A DNA stretch of 62,777 bases, the filler included. It is 12 parts of 12 records of this genome, joined end to end, with 100 filler letters (N's around TTAATTAATTAA, not from the genome) between each part and the next. Parts side by side here need not be neighbours in the genome. Positions count along the whole stretch, not along the records: positions 19,366 to 23,038 come from SRR7504441_17315; positions 23,139 to 27,467 come from SRR7504441_17387; positions 27,568 to 32,183 come from SRR7504441_17427; 9 more parts are not named here. One strand, written 5' to 3'. Below the pieces are notes generated by a model. It was given only the letters and a program-made list of their open reading frames with translations, made no database searches and was not told the DNA's origin. Positions 19,706 through 31,197 of this stretch are shown one piece after another. The first letter of the stretch is position 1; every line of letters begins with the position of its first letter. The position numbers were made by a program, and so were the translations under genes.

Positions 19706-20680
19706 ATGTCGTTCTCCGCTCCCGCCAACGTGAAGCCCACCGCCAAGCTGTATGGGATAAACAGGCCAACCTGCCGGGCTAGAGGAGGCACGTTCTATCA
19801 AACGTTCGGATATATTACGAGGTGCGCTTCGTGGCTGTTTCTGCTGCTGCCCTTGGTGGTGGAGTCAGGGGGGTGGTCCGATGTGAATAGCTTGTCGGAG
19901 GCAATCTCAGCACAGTTTGGTGCGGTGGAGCCTACCAAACCGGTGCCGGTGCCTCAACTAAACCCCCCTGGCTGTTGTTTCAACGTCACCGATGAAATTC
20001 AGTATTCGATGTTGGTGTCTCCGGACGCGTGTTCGTACACCGGAACCGCCTTCAATGGCAATTCAACCGAGTATGGCTTGCATCACAACATGGTCGTCGG
20101 GTCGGATGGAAATCTTTTGCAGGTTGAGCTCACTGATGCTCAGGACAGGGTCAACTTCCTCCCGCAGGGCCCGCCGTACCAGACTATCGGGATTCGACTC
20201 TACGTCAAGTCACTTAATCGCAACTTCAATTTGGAGGGCGAAGTGTGGCCAAACAAGACTCGTTCGGCCACATGTTGGTCAAAACCAGGAAGTAGACCGT
20301 TCGTTCCTACGCGGATATGCTTCGGGATTCCGGGCGAGTCCAACAACAGCACCTTCCTTGAGAATGTCACAATTGGTGGAGTCCAAATGCAGAAGTTCAA
20401 CGTGACTGTGGCTGACTCAAGTCAGTTGATCACCGTGAATATGGCTAGCAGCTGTACCATTGTGTCGGTGGAGAATCGTGAACTCGATCGACTTGAATTT
20501 TCTGGCATTACCAGCTTTTATGACGTTGGCCCCGCAAAGCCCAGAGCAGATACGTTCCAAATCCCCAATGAATGCTACAAGGCGAACGGGGACTTTTGGG
20601 AGGCGAGTGAGTTGCATGTGGACGATCTCGCTATGATAGGTGAGAACCCTAATCAGTCTCGGTTCCCATGGGACGCCTAA
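19706..20680 (+). CDS. Ependymin-related (EPDR-like) secreted/lysosomal protein
   Basis: Hydrophobic signal-like segment, PPGCC, many N-glycosylation sequons. Cys spacing TCWSK..F..IC..P...FLENVTIGG...V...SCTIV..E...F.DV.....F.IPNEC resembles ependymins. Confidence 0.55.
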   Translation: MSFSAPANVKPTAKLYGINRPTCRARGGTFYQTFGYITRCASWLFLLLPLVVESGGWSDVNSLSEAISAQFGAVEPTKPVPVPQLNPPGCCFNVTDEIQYSMLVSPDACSYTGTAFNGNSTEYGLHHNMVVGSDGNLLQVELTDAQDRVNFLPQGPPYQTIGIRLYVKSLNRNFNLEGEVWPNKTRSATCWSKPGSRPFVPTRICFGIPGESNNSTFLENVTIGGVQMQKFNVTVADSSQLITVNMASSCTIVSVENRELDRLEFSGITSFYDVGPAKPRADTFQIPNECYKANGDFWEASELHVDDLAMIGENPNQSRFPWDA

Positions 20681-20879
20681 GGGCGGTACCGGTACTACTG
20701 CGTACGCATGATGTCGAGCGTGAACTGTGGTTTAAATAAACGCATGAACTAGAACCCCCCCCCTCGGACCCAGGCTCGATGAAAGTATTAAGGTTAGCAC
20801 TGGATCATAGGACAGGGCCTGCAAGTCGCTACATGTAACACTAGAGTGTTGACGGCAGTTGGCGGTAGTTGGCGGCCCG

Positions 20880-22820
20880 CTAGTGTCGCGTAATGGCGCG
20901 TTCATCGTAGTCCACTCCCTTGTGATTGAAATAGATGCACACGGCCGAGATATTGTCATCCGAGCCCAGATCCCAAGCCCGCATGCACAGCGCTTTGGCT
21001 CCAAAGTCCACGTGCCGCGCCGTCCGTGCCACATCCCTCGCCGCCTCCTCATTCGACACAGTGTCCCACACCCCGTCTGTGGCCAGCAGCAGGAAGTCGT
21101 CTTGAGGGCTCACACGCAACAAGCTAATCTCAGGCTCGGCCACCAGCCCGTGCTCTTTCATCGCCTGGTCCCCGATCGCTCGCGTGACTTGAATCTTCCC
21201 ACCCACGCGCGGCTTGCCATCCCGACCCTTAGTAATCGATCCGCCTGCCGCCAGCACTCGGTCCCTCTCGCTCTCCAGAGAGGCCGTGTGGTCCGTCGTC
21301 AACTGTCTGCCCTCACCTGCACTGTTCACCACAGCCCTGCAGTCGCCCGCATTGGCCAACAGCACAACCTGGCCTACCACCAGCACCACCAGCGCCGTGG
21401 CGCCACTCGAGTCGCCCAGCCCCGCGAATCCCCTATCCACCGACACGAACGCCCGCTGCAACGCCCCCGAAGCATCACCGGGTGTAAGTGCGAGCTCTGC
21501 CAGCACAGCACCAGGCATCTTCCGGTTAGCAAAATCCGCTGCGAGCTGGCCTCCGTGCCCATCAAACACGCCGAACAGGTGCACGCCAGCAGCGTGCGGG
21601 GCCGCGAGCTCGTGGCAGACAAAGCTCCTGTCTTCCATCTTGTCTGAACCCCTCCGGCCAGGCATCGCTTCGTGCCCACCAGCACAGCTGAACCCAGCGG
21701 TCTGATTGGCTTGGACCGACGCAAATACGGCCGACCAGTCAACATCGGCCGCGCTGCCCTCGCGGACCACTAACTCGACAGGTGCTGTCGCCGGTTCGGC
21801 AGAAGCCGGCTCAGGTGCCGCTGGGCTCAGCTCGGCAAGCTCTGACGGGGCAGACATGGGATATGCCCGGGCCGCCTGCTCCAGCTGGGAGCACACCACG
21901 GCCATGGTGGGCCGACTGGCTGGGTCGGCGGTCCAGCAGCTGTCCACTAGCTGGTTGAGTGCAGCCAGGCTATAGTCCGCTGACGGAGACCCTAAATCGC
22001 AGATAGCTTCGGGCGTGAGCTGGTGTGGTCGAAGCTGCTTTGTACAGACAGCCTGCATCAGCGCCTGCTGCGAGTACGAGGCCTCAATCACTGTGTGGAA
22101 CTGAAGGTCGTCGTCGCACCGCTTGACATCGGAGTACGGCACGGTGCCAGTGAGAAGTTCGTTGAGCGACACCCCGAACGAGTAGACATCTGAGGCCACA
22201 GTGAACGGCTCCTTCTTGAGCAGCTCGGGGGCCATGTACACCATTGTGCCCACCATGAACTTTTTAAAATACCCGCCCGACGGCCCGGTGGCCACCGAGG
22301 GCTCAAACCCACGCTGCAAGCTCTCGATGCTCTCCGCGTTCTCAAGGTCGCATAGCACCGCGCGCCAATCGGCCCCGACCACGCAGTTGCCCGGCTTGAT
22401 GTCCTTGCTCACGTGCCCCAGCCGGCTGTGCAGGAACTCGATCCCCTGGGCGAAGTCCAATCCAAGCGACAGCCGCAGTCCGACAGGCAGCTCGCTGGCC
22501 CCCGAATGGTGCAGCAGATGGAACAGGCTGCCGCGGGTGTACTCCGGCATCACGATCGCGTAGTTGGGCGCGCTGTTGATCACCCCGATGATCGGGACCA
22601 CCCGCGCGAACTGGGCGGCCTGCTGGAGGAGCCCGACCTCCTTCCAGAATCGGCCCAGCCGTTCCCGGCCGGTGATCTTGGCGCGCTTGACCACGACCGG
22701 TTGGCCGTCTGGGAGGGCCGAGAAGTAGACGTGGCTGTTCTTGGTGTTCTGGATCGTGCGGGCCACCGGCAGGCTCGCCGGGGCGTGCACACACACCTCG
22801 AGATCCACGGGCAATGCCAT
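20880..22820 (-). CDS. Protein kinase (TKL-like) fused to PP2C phosphatase
   Basis: Kinase: VVKR, DIKPGN, VGTMVYMAPELL, SDVYSFG, CWTADPASRP. PP2C: MEDR, FGVFDGHGG, ANAGDCRA, TRAIGD, ATDGVWD, GSDDNIS. Intronless 646 aa. Confidence 0.9.
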   Translation of the reverse strand: MALPVDLEVCVHAPASLPVARTIQNTKNSHVYFSALPDGQPVVVKRAKITGRERLGRFWKEVGLLQQAAQFARVVPIIGVINSAPNYAIVMPEYTRGSLFHLLHHSGASELPVGLRLSLGLDFAQGIEFLHSRLGHVSKDIKPGNCVVGADWRAVLCDLENAESIESLQRGFEPSVATGPSGGYFKKFMVGTMVYMAPELLKKEPFTVASDVYSFGVSLNELLTGTVPYSDVKRCDDDLQFHTVIEASYSQQALMQAVCTKQLRPHQLTPEAICDLGSPSADYSLAALNQLVDSCWTADPASRPTMAVVCSQLEQAARAYPMSAPSELAELSPAAPEPASAEPATAPVELVVREGSAADVDWSAVFASVQANQTAGFSCAGGHEAMPGRRGSDKMEDRSFVCHELAAPHAAGVHLFGVFDGHGGQLAADFANRKMPGAVLAELALTPGDASGALQRAFVSVDRGFAGLGDSSGATALVVLVVGQVVLLANAGDCRAVVNSAGEGRQLTTDHTASLESERDRVLAAGGSITKGRDGKPRVGGKIQVTRAIGDQAMKEHGLVAEPEISLLRVSPQDDFLLLATDGVWDTVSNEEAARDVARTARHVDFGAKALCMRAWDLGSDDNISAVCIYFNHKGVDYDERAITRH

Positions 22821-23138
22821 CAGTGCTCGAGCGAGATGAGTCGTTGTCAGCAGACCAATCGGAAGGAGTTGGAGCCTTTGACCGGCAGGCGGGAGCGCCT
22901 ATGTTGCAACTCGGGTACGAGTAGACAACAGGACTTCTCCTATTCTAGACTCGTGAAACGATTGCACTTGTGTCAGGTCTTAAATGAGTTACTGATGCGT
23001 TCAGTCTACGTTCAGTCTAACTAGTACATGACATGTAANNNNNNNNNNNNNNNNNNNNNNNNNNNNNNNNNNNNNNNNNNNNTTAATTAATTAANNNNNN
23101 NNNNNNNNNNNNNNNNNNNNNNNNNNNNNNNNNNNNNN

Positions 23139-23649
23139 CCCCCCCCCCCCCCCTCGCCACCCCGAGCAGGCGCAGGTTCCCCCGCACCACGGTCCAGGCA
23201 CAGAGTTTGGACAAGATCCTGAGCAAGTCCGGCGAGAAGGTCAACTCGGTGGTGGCGATCGAGGTGCCCGACGCCAAGCTCGAGGCCCGGATCTGCGGCC
23301 GATGGATCCACAAGAAGTCTGGTGGCCCAACCTTGAGGCCCCGCGCTGACCCGATGCAGGCCGGAGCTACCACGCGACTTACGAGCCGGCCAAGCCAAAG
23401 TCGCTCAAGCCCGGGATGTCGGTAGACTCGAGCACCATGATTGACGACGTGACTGGAGAGCCTCTGATCCAGAGGCCGGACGACACGCCCGCGGCGCTGT
23501 ACACTCGGCTTGAGAAGTACCACGCCGAGACAGTTCCGGTGCTCGACCACTACAGGCCAAAGGGGGTGGTGCACATGGTCAATGGCGATCAGGGCAAGAA
23601 GCAGGTTTGGGGCGAGATTGAGGCGGTGATTCCCAAGAACCAAGTCTAA
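23139..23649 (+). CDS. Adenylate kinase (AK2-like), 3' part; one 38-nt intron
   Basis: [54 protein letters not shown]. Confidence 0.9.
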
Positions 23650-24047
23650 CTTGGCTCCCGGAGCTCAGACGGGCCGATAGAGCGCTCGGAGCCCTCAAGC
23701 TAGCGCTTTGGGGTGTGTTGTTGTAGTTGTAAGAGTGTGGACACAGGGTGGACATCGGCGGCATGTCCTGTGAACTTGCGTGGAACTTTAAGTTTCAGGT
23801 TAATTACATGGTGAATTAAAAAGGCATGAGAGTTGCATGCGAAGACAATTATCTCACATGAGCACTCGCAAGCGTCGTTATTACAATGTCCGGTATGTCC
23901 TGGCATGTCTTGACTACATATATTGACTGAAACTCAGTTAGATGAGACACTGTCGTCGGAGCCATGATCGAGCAAGAGCACAAAAAGCCGGGTATGAACT
24001 TATTTTTAATATGATATGGTCCCCCATAATTACGGCTGTGGCTTGGC

Positions 24048-24931
24048 TCAGACCACCGCTTGGATCCGCTCTGCTAGTGCCAATTGCGTTCTGGTCAAAT
24101 TCGACAAGTAAATCACCATAAGAAGGTCCTGCAGCCCATTGTGGAAGGTCTTCTCATACATGCCCGGGTTGAGCTGCGGCACCAGTCCGATCGTGTCGGC
24201 CAGCAGCCGCCCGAGCTCCGGGTTAGCTGGGATCTTGCCGGCCTGAACGTCGGCGATGTGAGTTTCGAGCTGGTTCAACTGGCCTAGCATCTGCTTAATC
24301 TGGTTCTGCAGGCCTTCAATGTCGGCGTTGTCCCCCTCCAGCCCGCCCACCGGGTCCCGCTCGGCCAGCAACATGTCCAGCGCCACCTGCTCCGCCTGCC
24401 GCCAAACTCAGCACGGCCGAACCCGGGGGGAGGCACCGGCGATGCCACGACCTCGGTGCAGAGCTCGCCGAACCGAACCCCGAGGCTCTTCTCACCCAGC
24501 GTGACCGGGCTGCTCAGAAAGGCCCGGGCCGACATTTGCTTCTCGGGGTCGATCACTGGGTCGACCAGCAGGTGCACCGGGGCGTCCTCCCGGCTGTAAA
24601 AGTCATGTATCACGGCCGAGTGCTCGGTGATCGAAGTGCCGGTGGCGTACCAGCCGACGATCTCCTCGCGGACGTTGACTTGGCGGTGCAGCTTGTACAT
24701 GGTGTGGTGGAACTCCATGTCAACCGCCACGGTGGCCTCGTTCTCATTGTGTGGCACCGGGAAGCAATTGGTGATCTCGATCAGGCCGTCGGTCTGCTGG
24801 CCGAGCAGCGTGCCGATCACCCGGTCTTGTCCCTCCTTGCGCCGGCTGTGGTGGTCCAGGATGGTGAAAATCACCGACGGGTGCACCTTGCAGTGCCCCA
24901 TAGAGGCTACCAAAAGCGACTGCCCGGCCAT
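24048..24931 (-). CDS. eIF3f: Eukaryotic translation initiation factor 3 subunit F (MPN domain); one ~40-nt intron near 24396-24435
   Basis: VHPSVIFTILDHHSRR..RVIGTLLG..EITNCFPVPHNE..VAVDMEFH..IVGWYATG; C-terminal LQDLLMVIYLSNLTRTQL. Confidence 0.9.
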
Positions 24932-25005
24932 CGTCGAACGAGCGCGCGATAAAAGATTCCGTTGAATTCCTCAGTGGGCTGGGGGCCACTCTGTGGGGGC
25001 GCCGG

Positions 25006-26064
25006 ATGGAGGCGTACGAGGTGCTGGACAAGCTGGGCGAGGGGGGGTTCGGGGTGGTGCTCCGGGCCCGCCGGCGGTCCGACGGTCGGCCGGTGGCCAT
25101 CAAAAAGATCGGGATCCGGCGGCTGGACGACGGGTTGCCCAAGGAGGCCTTCCGGGAGGTACCCCCAGCCGCCGCGCGGCCGACCGGGGAGCAGGTGCAC
25201 GCGCTGCAGCTGCTGGAGCACCCGAACGTGATCCGGCTGCACGCAGTCTTCCCGCACGGGTCCGCGCTGGCGCTGGTGTTCGATCAAGCCCGGACTGACC
25301 TGGCCAGCGTGCTGAGGCGGCTGGGCCGGCCGCTGGGTGGGCGGGAGGTGAAGACGCTGCTCTGGATGGCGCTGCATGGAATGGCCCACTGCCACGCCAA
25401 TCAGCTGCTTCACCGGGATATCAAGCCGGCCAACATGCTGGTTGGGGCCGATGGCGAGCTGGTGCTGGCCGACTTTGGGCTCGCTCGGGTGGTCGAGCCG
25501 CCCGGCCGGCAGTACTCGATCCACGCGGCCACCCGCTGGTACCGGGCCCCGGAGCTGTTGTTCGGGGCCCGCGAGTACGGCCCGGAGATCGACATCTGGT
25601 CCATGGGCTGCACGCTAGGACAGATGCTCAACCAGGGCTCGGTGATATGGGCCGGCCAGCACGACATAGACCAGCTGAGTCGGATACAGCGCAGCCTGGG
25701 CACCTTTGGGCCCGCCAACTGGCCGGGGTTCGAGTTGCTACCCGATTTTGGCAAGATAACGTTTGGAGAGATGGAGCCGCAACCAAATGAGTTGCTCGCA
25801 CCCGGCGCCAGCCCGGCCGAGCTGAGCTGCTTGTTGGAGATGCTCCGGCCAGACCCCATTAAGCGAGCCTCGGCCGCGCAACTACTTCAGTCAGATTACT
25901 TTTTTAGCGAGCCGCTGCCTGCGCATCGCAGCCAGATTCACGACGAGCTAATGGGCGATTACGATGCCGAGCTTGCGCGGGTCGAGGCCAAGCAGCAACG
26001 GACAGCGCTCGACCCGGAGCGAATGCTCGAACTCGGCCCGGAGCGGCCCGGTTTTCTAGACTAG
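25006..26064 (+). CDS. Cyclin-dependent kinase-like kinase, CDK20/CCRK-like; one in-frame short intron after AFRE
   Basis: GEGGFG, VAIKK, HRDIKPANML, ADFGLAR, ATRWYRAPELLFGAREY, DIDQL, LPDFGKITF, YFFSEPLPA. Confidence 0.82.
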   Translation: MEAYEVLDKLGEGGFGVVLRARRRSDGRPVAIKKIGIRRLDDGLPKEAFREVPPAAARPTGEQVHALQLLEHPNVIRLHAVFPHGSALALVFDQARTDLASVLRRLGRPLGGREVKTLLWMALHGMAHCHANQLLHRDIKPANMLVGADGELVLADFGLARVVEPPGRQYSIHAATRWYRAPELLFGAREYGPEIDIWSMGCTLGQMLNQGSVIWAGQHDIDQLSRIQRSLGTFGPANWPGFELLPDFGKITFGEMEPQPNELLAPGASPAELSCLLEMLRPDPIKRASAAQLLQSDYFFSEPLPAHRSQIHDELMGDYDAELARVEAKQQRTALDPERMLELGPERPGFLD

Positions 26065-26188
26065 ATCCATGCAGCAGTTGATCCAGCCATCTCGTCAATA
26101 AATAATATTGAAAAGAAATCTTTTTATTTGCACCGGGATCCTCGCGGTGGGAAGGCCTTTGGCCTTGGGAAGAGCGCTCGCGGGTCGG

Positions 26189-26923
26189 ATGGAGCCGGCG
26201 GCGATTCCTTCCGCGGGCGGGATCATCCCCGCCCTGGCTGACCCGCTGGCAGCCCCGGTAGCCCCGGCCCCGGAGGCGAGACCGCCTACCGGACCACATG
26301 CGCCGACGGGCGGGCGGAAGGTGGGGAGCGGCCGGCCGGCCGGCGTGCAGTGCAAGTGCAAGTGCTGTGGGGCGCTCGGGTTTTACAAGCGGTCATGCGG
26401 TCGGAAGCATCAATGCCTGATCGGCAAGTGCGGCCCGCTCGGTGGCGACCAGGCGCCGGCCGCCAGCAGCCAGCCGGACTCGTCTACGCCCAACACAATG
26501 TACCAGGTCCTGTGCGCCAGCTGTGGGGTCCCGCTGCAGTTTGCGCTGCCCAACCACCCGGCGTACATAGTGTGCTACAACTGCAATGCCAAGATGGTGA
26601 TACAGCCGATGCAAGACGGCCAGGCCGGCGAGCCGGGAGAGGGCCAGCCGCAGCTTGGCGGCACGGCCGACCTGCCTGCCGCGTTAGAGGCTCCGCCCCC
26701 GGTTCAGTCGGACAACTCGGTCCCGAGTACCGACCCGAACTCTGTGTTCAACGCGCTTGTGTTGAAACCAGATCCAGAGCCGGTGGCAGAGCCCCCAGTG
26801 GCGCAAGTCGGGGAGAAGCGACCGCGCGAGGAGGACGAGGAGCTGCTGGTAGAGGCCAAGAAGTTGGAGCCGGCGCTGGATGAGCCTGCTGCTTTTGCTG
26901 AGCTCGCGGGGAGTGTTGACTGA
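26189..26923 (+). CDS. Hypothetical protein with two Cys-rich zinc-binding modules (second LSD1-finger-like)
   Basis: CKCCGALGFYKRSCGRKHQC and CASCGVPLQF...IVCYNC; basic KRPR putative NLS. Confidence 0.55.
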   Translation: MEPAAIPSAGGIIPALADPLAAPVAPAPEARPPTGPHAPTGGRKVGSGRPAGVQCKCKCCGALGFYKRSCGRKHQCLIGKCGPLGGDQAPAASSQPDSSTPNTMYQVLCASCGVPLQFALPNHPAYIVCYNCNAKMVIQPMQDGQAGEPGEGQPQLGGTADLPAALEAPPPVQSDNSVPSTDPNSVFNALVLKPDPEPVAEPPVAQVGEKRPREEDEELLVEAKKLEPALDEPAAFAELAGSVD

Positions 26924-27581
26924 CGGTGCGACAACGTGTTTACAGACTGTGCATCTATTGTGATAAGCGTGGCGTACGTATAATGTGCTGCTTGGCCGTG
27001 TGGATCAACCGATTCAACTGTGACTATTGATAAAATTATTGGGAGTATGTACACGTGAAGCAACTGCCGGAACTCGTCCGAGCATACGTACTAACGTGTA
27101 CATGTACGTACTCGACGGAGTCTGATGAATATTAATTATGTTATTGATGAGTGATGACTCTGATCAGAGTCGGCAAGCCGGACAATCATGATTGTACCGT
27201 ACGCCGCGCGAGCTCAACCGGTCGAATTCGTCGCTCAAACAGATCCATCGTGCATTTATCCTATCCGTGACTATAAGGTTAATTCTTCAAGCAATTTCTT
27301 GTATTGCCTATGTATTGACACTTGTAAAATTAATATCAATGATGATCGATTAAAATTCGACTCGTGAACCGGCCTGCTTTTAACTAAACGCCGGAATCGG
27401 CCGCCTTCCCAAATGCTGGCAGCTCCAAGTGCCCTGGCTCGAGAAAGTCGGTCGAGTTCGGATCGTANNNNNNNNNNNNNNNNNNNNNNNNNNNNNNNNN
27501 NNNNNNNNNNNTTAATTAATTAANNNNNNNNNNNNNNNNNNNNNNNNNNNNNNNNNNNNNNNNNNNNTACGAGCAGTTACT

Positions 27582-27625
27582 GAGTTAGTTAGTTAATTAG
27601 TTAGTTAGTTAGTTGTGGTAGTTAG
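27582..27625 (+). repeat. Imperfect (TTAG)n microsatellite
   Basis: gagttagttagttaattagttagttagttagttgtggtagttag. Confidence 0.8.
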
Positions 27626-27822
27626 CGACCGAGCTTTGAACATCGATCGAATGAAGTAATCAACTATCTGAGTAGTTAGATCATAGTTAGATCATAGAAT
27701 GATACATAACTATCACCGATTAGAGTTAGCGAAGATCATGGAAGACTTTATCTAATTATCAGACCCCAGAATATTACGAGGATCTGTGTAGATACACTCG
27801 ATACTATACAGCTCATGAATGA

Positions 27823-28324
27823 ATGATCAGCGCTTGCGAGTGGAGTCGTCGTTTCAAGGGGCACATTGATGCAGTGTTATGCCTGCACGTGATGCTGCTG
27901 GCTGAATTTGTGGCCGAACTCACAGCTGACCCGGGCAAAGTATCTGCCGACGACCTGAGAGCGTTGAAAGACCCGTGCATGCCACAAGTGATCCTTATAA
28001 CAGGCTCTGACGATCGCTCTATTCGATTGTTTGATGCCGAGAATGGCCAGTGCTTGCTGGTTCTGATAGGGCACACCGATGCGGTTTCCGCGGTTGTGGT
28101 TGACGACGGCGTGCTGTATTCTGGCTCGTATGATCGGTCTATTCGGTCGTGGCGGTTGGACGAGGCGTTGGTTAGGATCCAGCTACGGCGCACATTGAAG
28201 CAGTATGAGACAGAGATGCTCGCGGTGTGCAGGGCTGGTCTGTGTTGGCTGATCGGCCGGACAGGCTGAGGAATTGCTCGAGGCATGTAGCAGTAAGAAG
28301 AAGAAGAAGAAGAAAAAGAAATGA
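27823..28324 (+). CDS. WD40-repeat protein fragment with poly-Lys C-terminus; one intron
   Basis: FKGHIDAVLCL..LITGSDDRSIRLFD and GHTDAVSAV..LYSGSYDRSIRSW. Only two repeats, so probably 5'-incomplete. Confidence 0.7.
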
Positions 28325-28504
28325 TGATTAATTAACCTTGACGGTTGTCGCCTCTCGAAAACGATCGCGAGTACGTACATTGTCAAGTATGTATCAAGTA
28401 TGAGTACGAGGACACTAATAGCATTTCATGAATTAAGATCCGGTTATTTTGAAGATGCATACAATCAAATCTCTGCACAGTGCATCTAGTCTATCAATTG
28501 CAAG

Positions 28505-29023
28505 CTAGTTCCGCACGAACTTGCCGCCGCGGAATCCGACCTTTACTTGTTGCCCCCACCGCTTAATCTCCTCGTTGTACGCCTTGGTAGCCTCAGAGCC
28601 TTCCTTTCGACCGTGCGGGCTTGGGTGGTGCCGTGCCGGTAAGCCGGGCGGTTTCAAGAATCCGCTGGCGTCCCGCTGCATTAACCGATCCAACCGTCGC
28701 TTCTGTTCCATCTGCCACTGACCGCTGTTGTCTGTCCTCTCTGGCGCCGGCAGCTCGGGCGGGACCCACCGTCGGGTGGGCACCCCCCAACAGCAGTGTG
28801 CCTCCACCGTCTTGTGCGCCCGCTGCCGGCGCATGGCCTCTGCCACCGCCCGGGCCATGACTGTGCGGTGCGACGGCCGGCCAGTCAGCTGGGGGAGGAG
28901 GCCGCTCTCCATCCCGAACAGCCCCGGCTGCCAGGCCGTGCTCGGCTGGTCCTGGAACTCCCGCGGTGGCAGCGCCCGGGCGTCGGGCCTGTACAGCCCA
29001 GGGAACGTGCTCGAGCTGCTCAT
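28505..29023 (-). CDS. Hypothetical protein
   Basis: 172-aa ATG ORF, head-to-head with the TBC gene, ending at an AT-rich gap. Confidence 0.5.
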   Translation of the reverse strand: MSSSSTFPGLYRPDARALPPREFQDQPSTAWQPGLFGMESGLLPQLTGRPSHRTVMARAVAEAMRRQRAHKTVEAHCCWGVPTRRWVPPELPAPERTDNSGQWQMEQKRRLDRLMQRDASGFLKPPGLPARHHPSPHGRKEGSEATKAYNEEIKRWGQQVKVGFRGGKFVRN

Positions 29024-29077
29024 CGCTCCCTACCGGGGTGCCATAATGGTCCTGACCGCAACGGACATGGAGAGGCG

Positions 29078-30956
29078 ATGAGCGGACCCTGCCAGTTGTA
29101 CAGGCAGCGCCCGGGCGGGTTCGAGGCGCCGCCCAAGGCGGACCACGAGCTCGCAGGCCCGGCCGAGCCACCCGCCCCGGAGGAGCCCGCCCCGAGCCAC
29201 TCGCCCGCGCAGCAGCCCGCGGACCCGCTCCAAGCTGTTCCCGCCGAGGAGCCGGCCGCCACTGAGGCCCCGAGCACTCCGGCGGCCCAAGGGATTTGCT
29301 GGGACGACGACGACCCGCTGGGGGGCGGGCAGCGAGACGAGACCAACCGGCCGGGGCTGAGCTTCCCCACGGCAGGCCAGCCGGGGCCGTCGGCGTTCGA
29401 TCAGTTCCTGGGCGAGGAGCTGCCGGGCCCTTCGACCGAGCCGGCGGGGGGGGTCGACCTGTTCGGGATCCCCATCCCGGCCCACACACCCAAGCAGCCG
29501 GCCAACCTGCCGCCCGTGGTAAACTGGGAAAGCCCCCCGCCCAGCCCCCAGAAAGATCAGCCCAAACCGGCCGCTCCCGCCGCTCCCGAGCAGCCCGACG
29601 AGCCAGCCGAGCCGCCGCCGGAGCGCCGGGGCTCGGAGCGGGTGGAACAGCGGGTCCGGAGCTTCAAGGATGCGCTGGCCGCCCCGGTGCTAGACCTCAA
29701 AAGTGTTAGGTCGCTATCGCACACAGGACTGCCTGAGACCGACGGGCTCCGGTGAGCTGTGCGGGGACTGGGGCGAGCAAAGGGGCAGGTCGGTGTACTG
29801 GAAGCTGCTGCTCGATTACCTGCCGCCGGATCGGTCTGAGTGGGAGGGACACTTGGCACGGAGCCGCGAGCTGTATGGCGTGTACAGGGTGCCCGGCCTG
29901 GCTGCGAGCCGGCCGAGCCGGGCTTCAGGAGGAGTTCATCGATGGGCCGGAGAGGATGCGCCAGGGCTCCAAGGATGACGATCCGCTGTCCAGCTCGGAC
30001 CCAGCATGGAGTAAGTTCTTTCACGACGAGGAAATCCTCTCCGAGATCAATAAGGACGTGATGCGAACGTATCCCGACATGAGCTTCTTCTGCCAGGACC
30101 ACACGCACTACGACAGCCTCCGCCGGTCGCTATTCATCTATGCCAAGCTCAACCCAGGGATCCGGTGCCTGCAGCCAGAGAGCGCCGGTGAGCGCTGTTG
30201 TAGGTACGTACAAGGGATGAATGAAGTGCTGGCCCCGCTTTATTACGTCTTCGCCACTGACCCAGACCCAGCATTCCGCGAGGCGGCCGAGGTGGCCAAG
30301 GTGGTGGGCAGGGCCGAGCCCGGGGCAGGCTGATTCCTTCTTCTGCTTTGTGCATGTGATGAGCAATTTCAGGGACCATTTCTGCGAGGCTCTGGACAAG
30401 TCTGACTCCGGGCTGGAGGGCAGCCTCAAGGAGATGATGATCATGCTCAAACGAGCCGACCCGTCGCTGTGGCAGGTGCTCAGACCAGCCGATTGCTGCG
30501 GCTGGTGAACGGGTGGCAGCACTTGAGGCGGAACAATGTGAAGCCACAGTTCTATGGGATCCGTTGGCTGTCGCTGCTGCTTTCGCAGGAGTTCGACATG
30601 CCAGACCTGCTCCGGCTGTGGGACTCGTTCTTTTCCAACGTGCAGCGCGAGGTGCGACCTGCGAGACTCGTGCCGAGTCAGTTCAGGCGTATTTGCTGCA
30701 CTTTTGCGTGGCCATGCTGCTCTCAATCAAGGATCCGTTGGAGGCGGGCGACTTTGGGGATAACATCAAGCTGCTCCAGTCCTTCCCGTGTGACGACATG
30801 AACGCGCTGCTCCGGATGGCAGATAGGCTAATGGAGGGGTCGCTCACACAGCGCGACAACCCGCCCAGTGAAGCCGATTCTAGTATGATACCAGGGGTGG
30901 GCCACTCGATCCGCCAGAAGGCCAAGAAGATGTGGGGGGTGCTGTGGGGCACCTGA
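29078..30956 (+). CDS. TBC-domain Rab GTPase-activating protein (TBC1D13-like), multi-exon
   Basis: LR|SVYWKLLLDYLP, DDDPLS, EINKDVMRT (arginine finger), YAKLNPGI|RYVQGMNEVLAP (glutamine finger), FYGIRWLSLLLSQEF..LRLWDSFF. Confidence 0.9.
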
Positions 30957-31197
30957 TCCCGAGATCGTTGCATTAGTTGCATCAGGCAATCAGGCGCGTG
31001 CAGCCACGTCTGAAGTGCACCGGACTTTAAAATAATTGTGCAAATCGTTTACAGGAGCGTTGCATTTGATAAACAGCTAAGATATACGAACATAGCAACG
31101 CTACACTTGAAACTTACACTTTTAGACTCGTCCAACTTTATTGTCGGTTGCAAGCATTACATGTACGTGTATGCAAGCATGACGTCTAGGATCCCGA

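Noticed and set aside
27582-27625. Telomere at a contig end
   Set aside because: Short, imperfect TTAG tetramer, not terminal and without G-runs; treated as a microsatellite.
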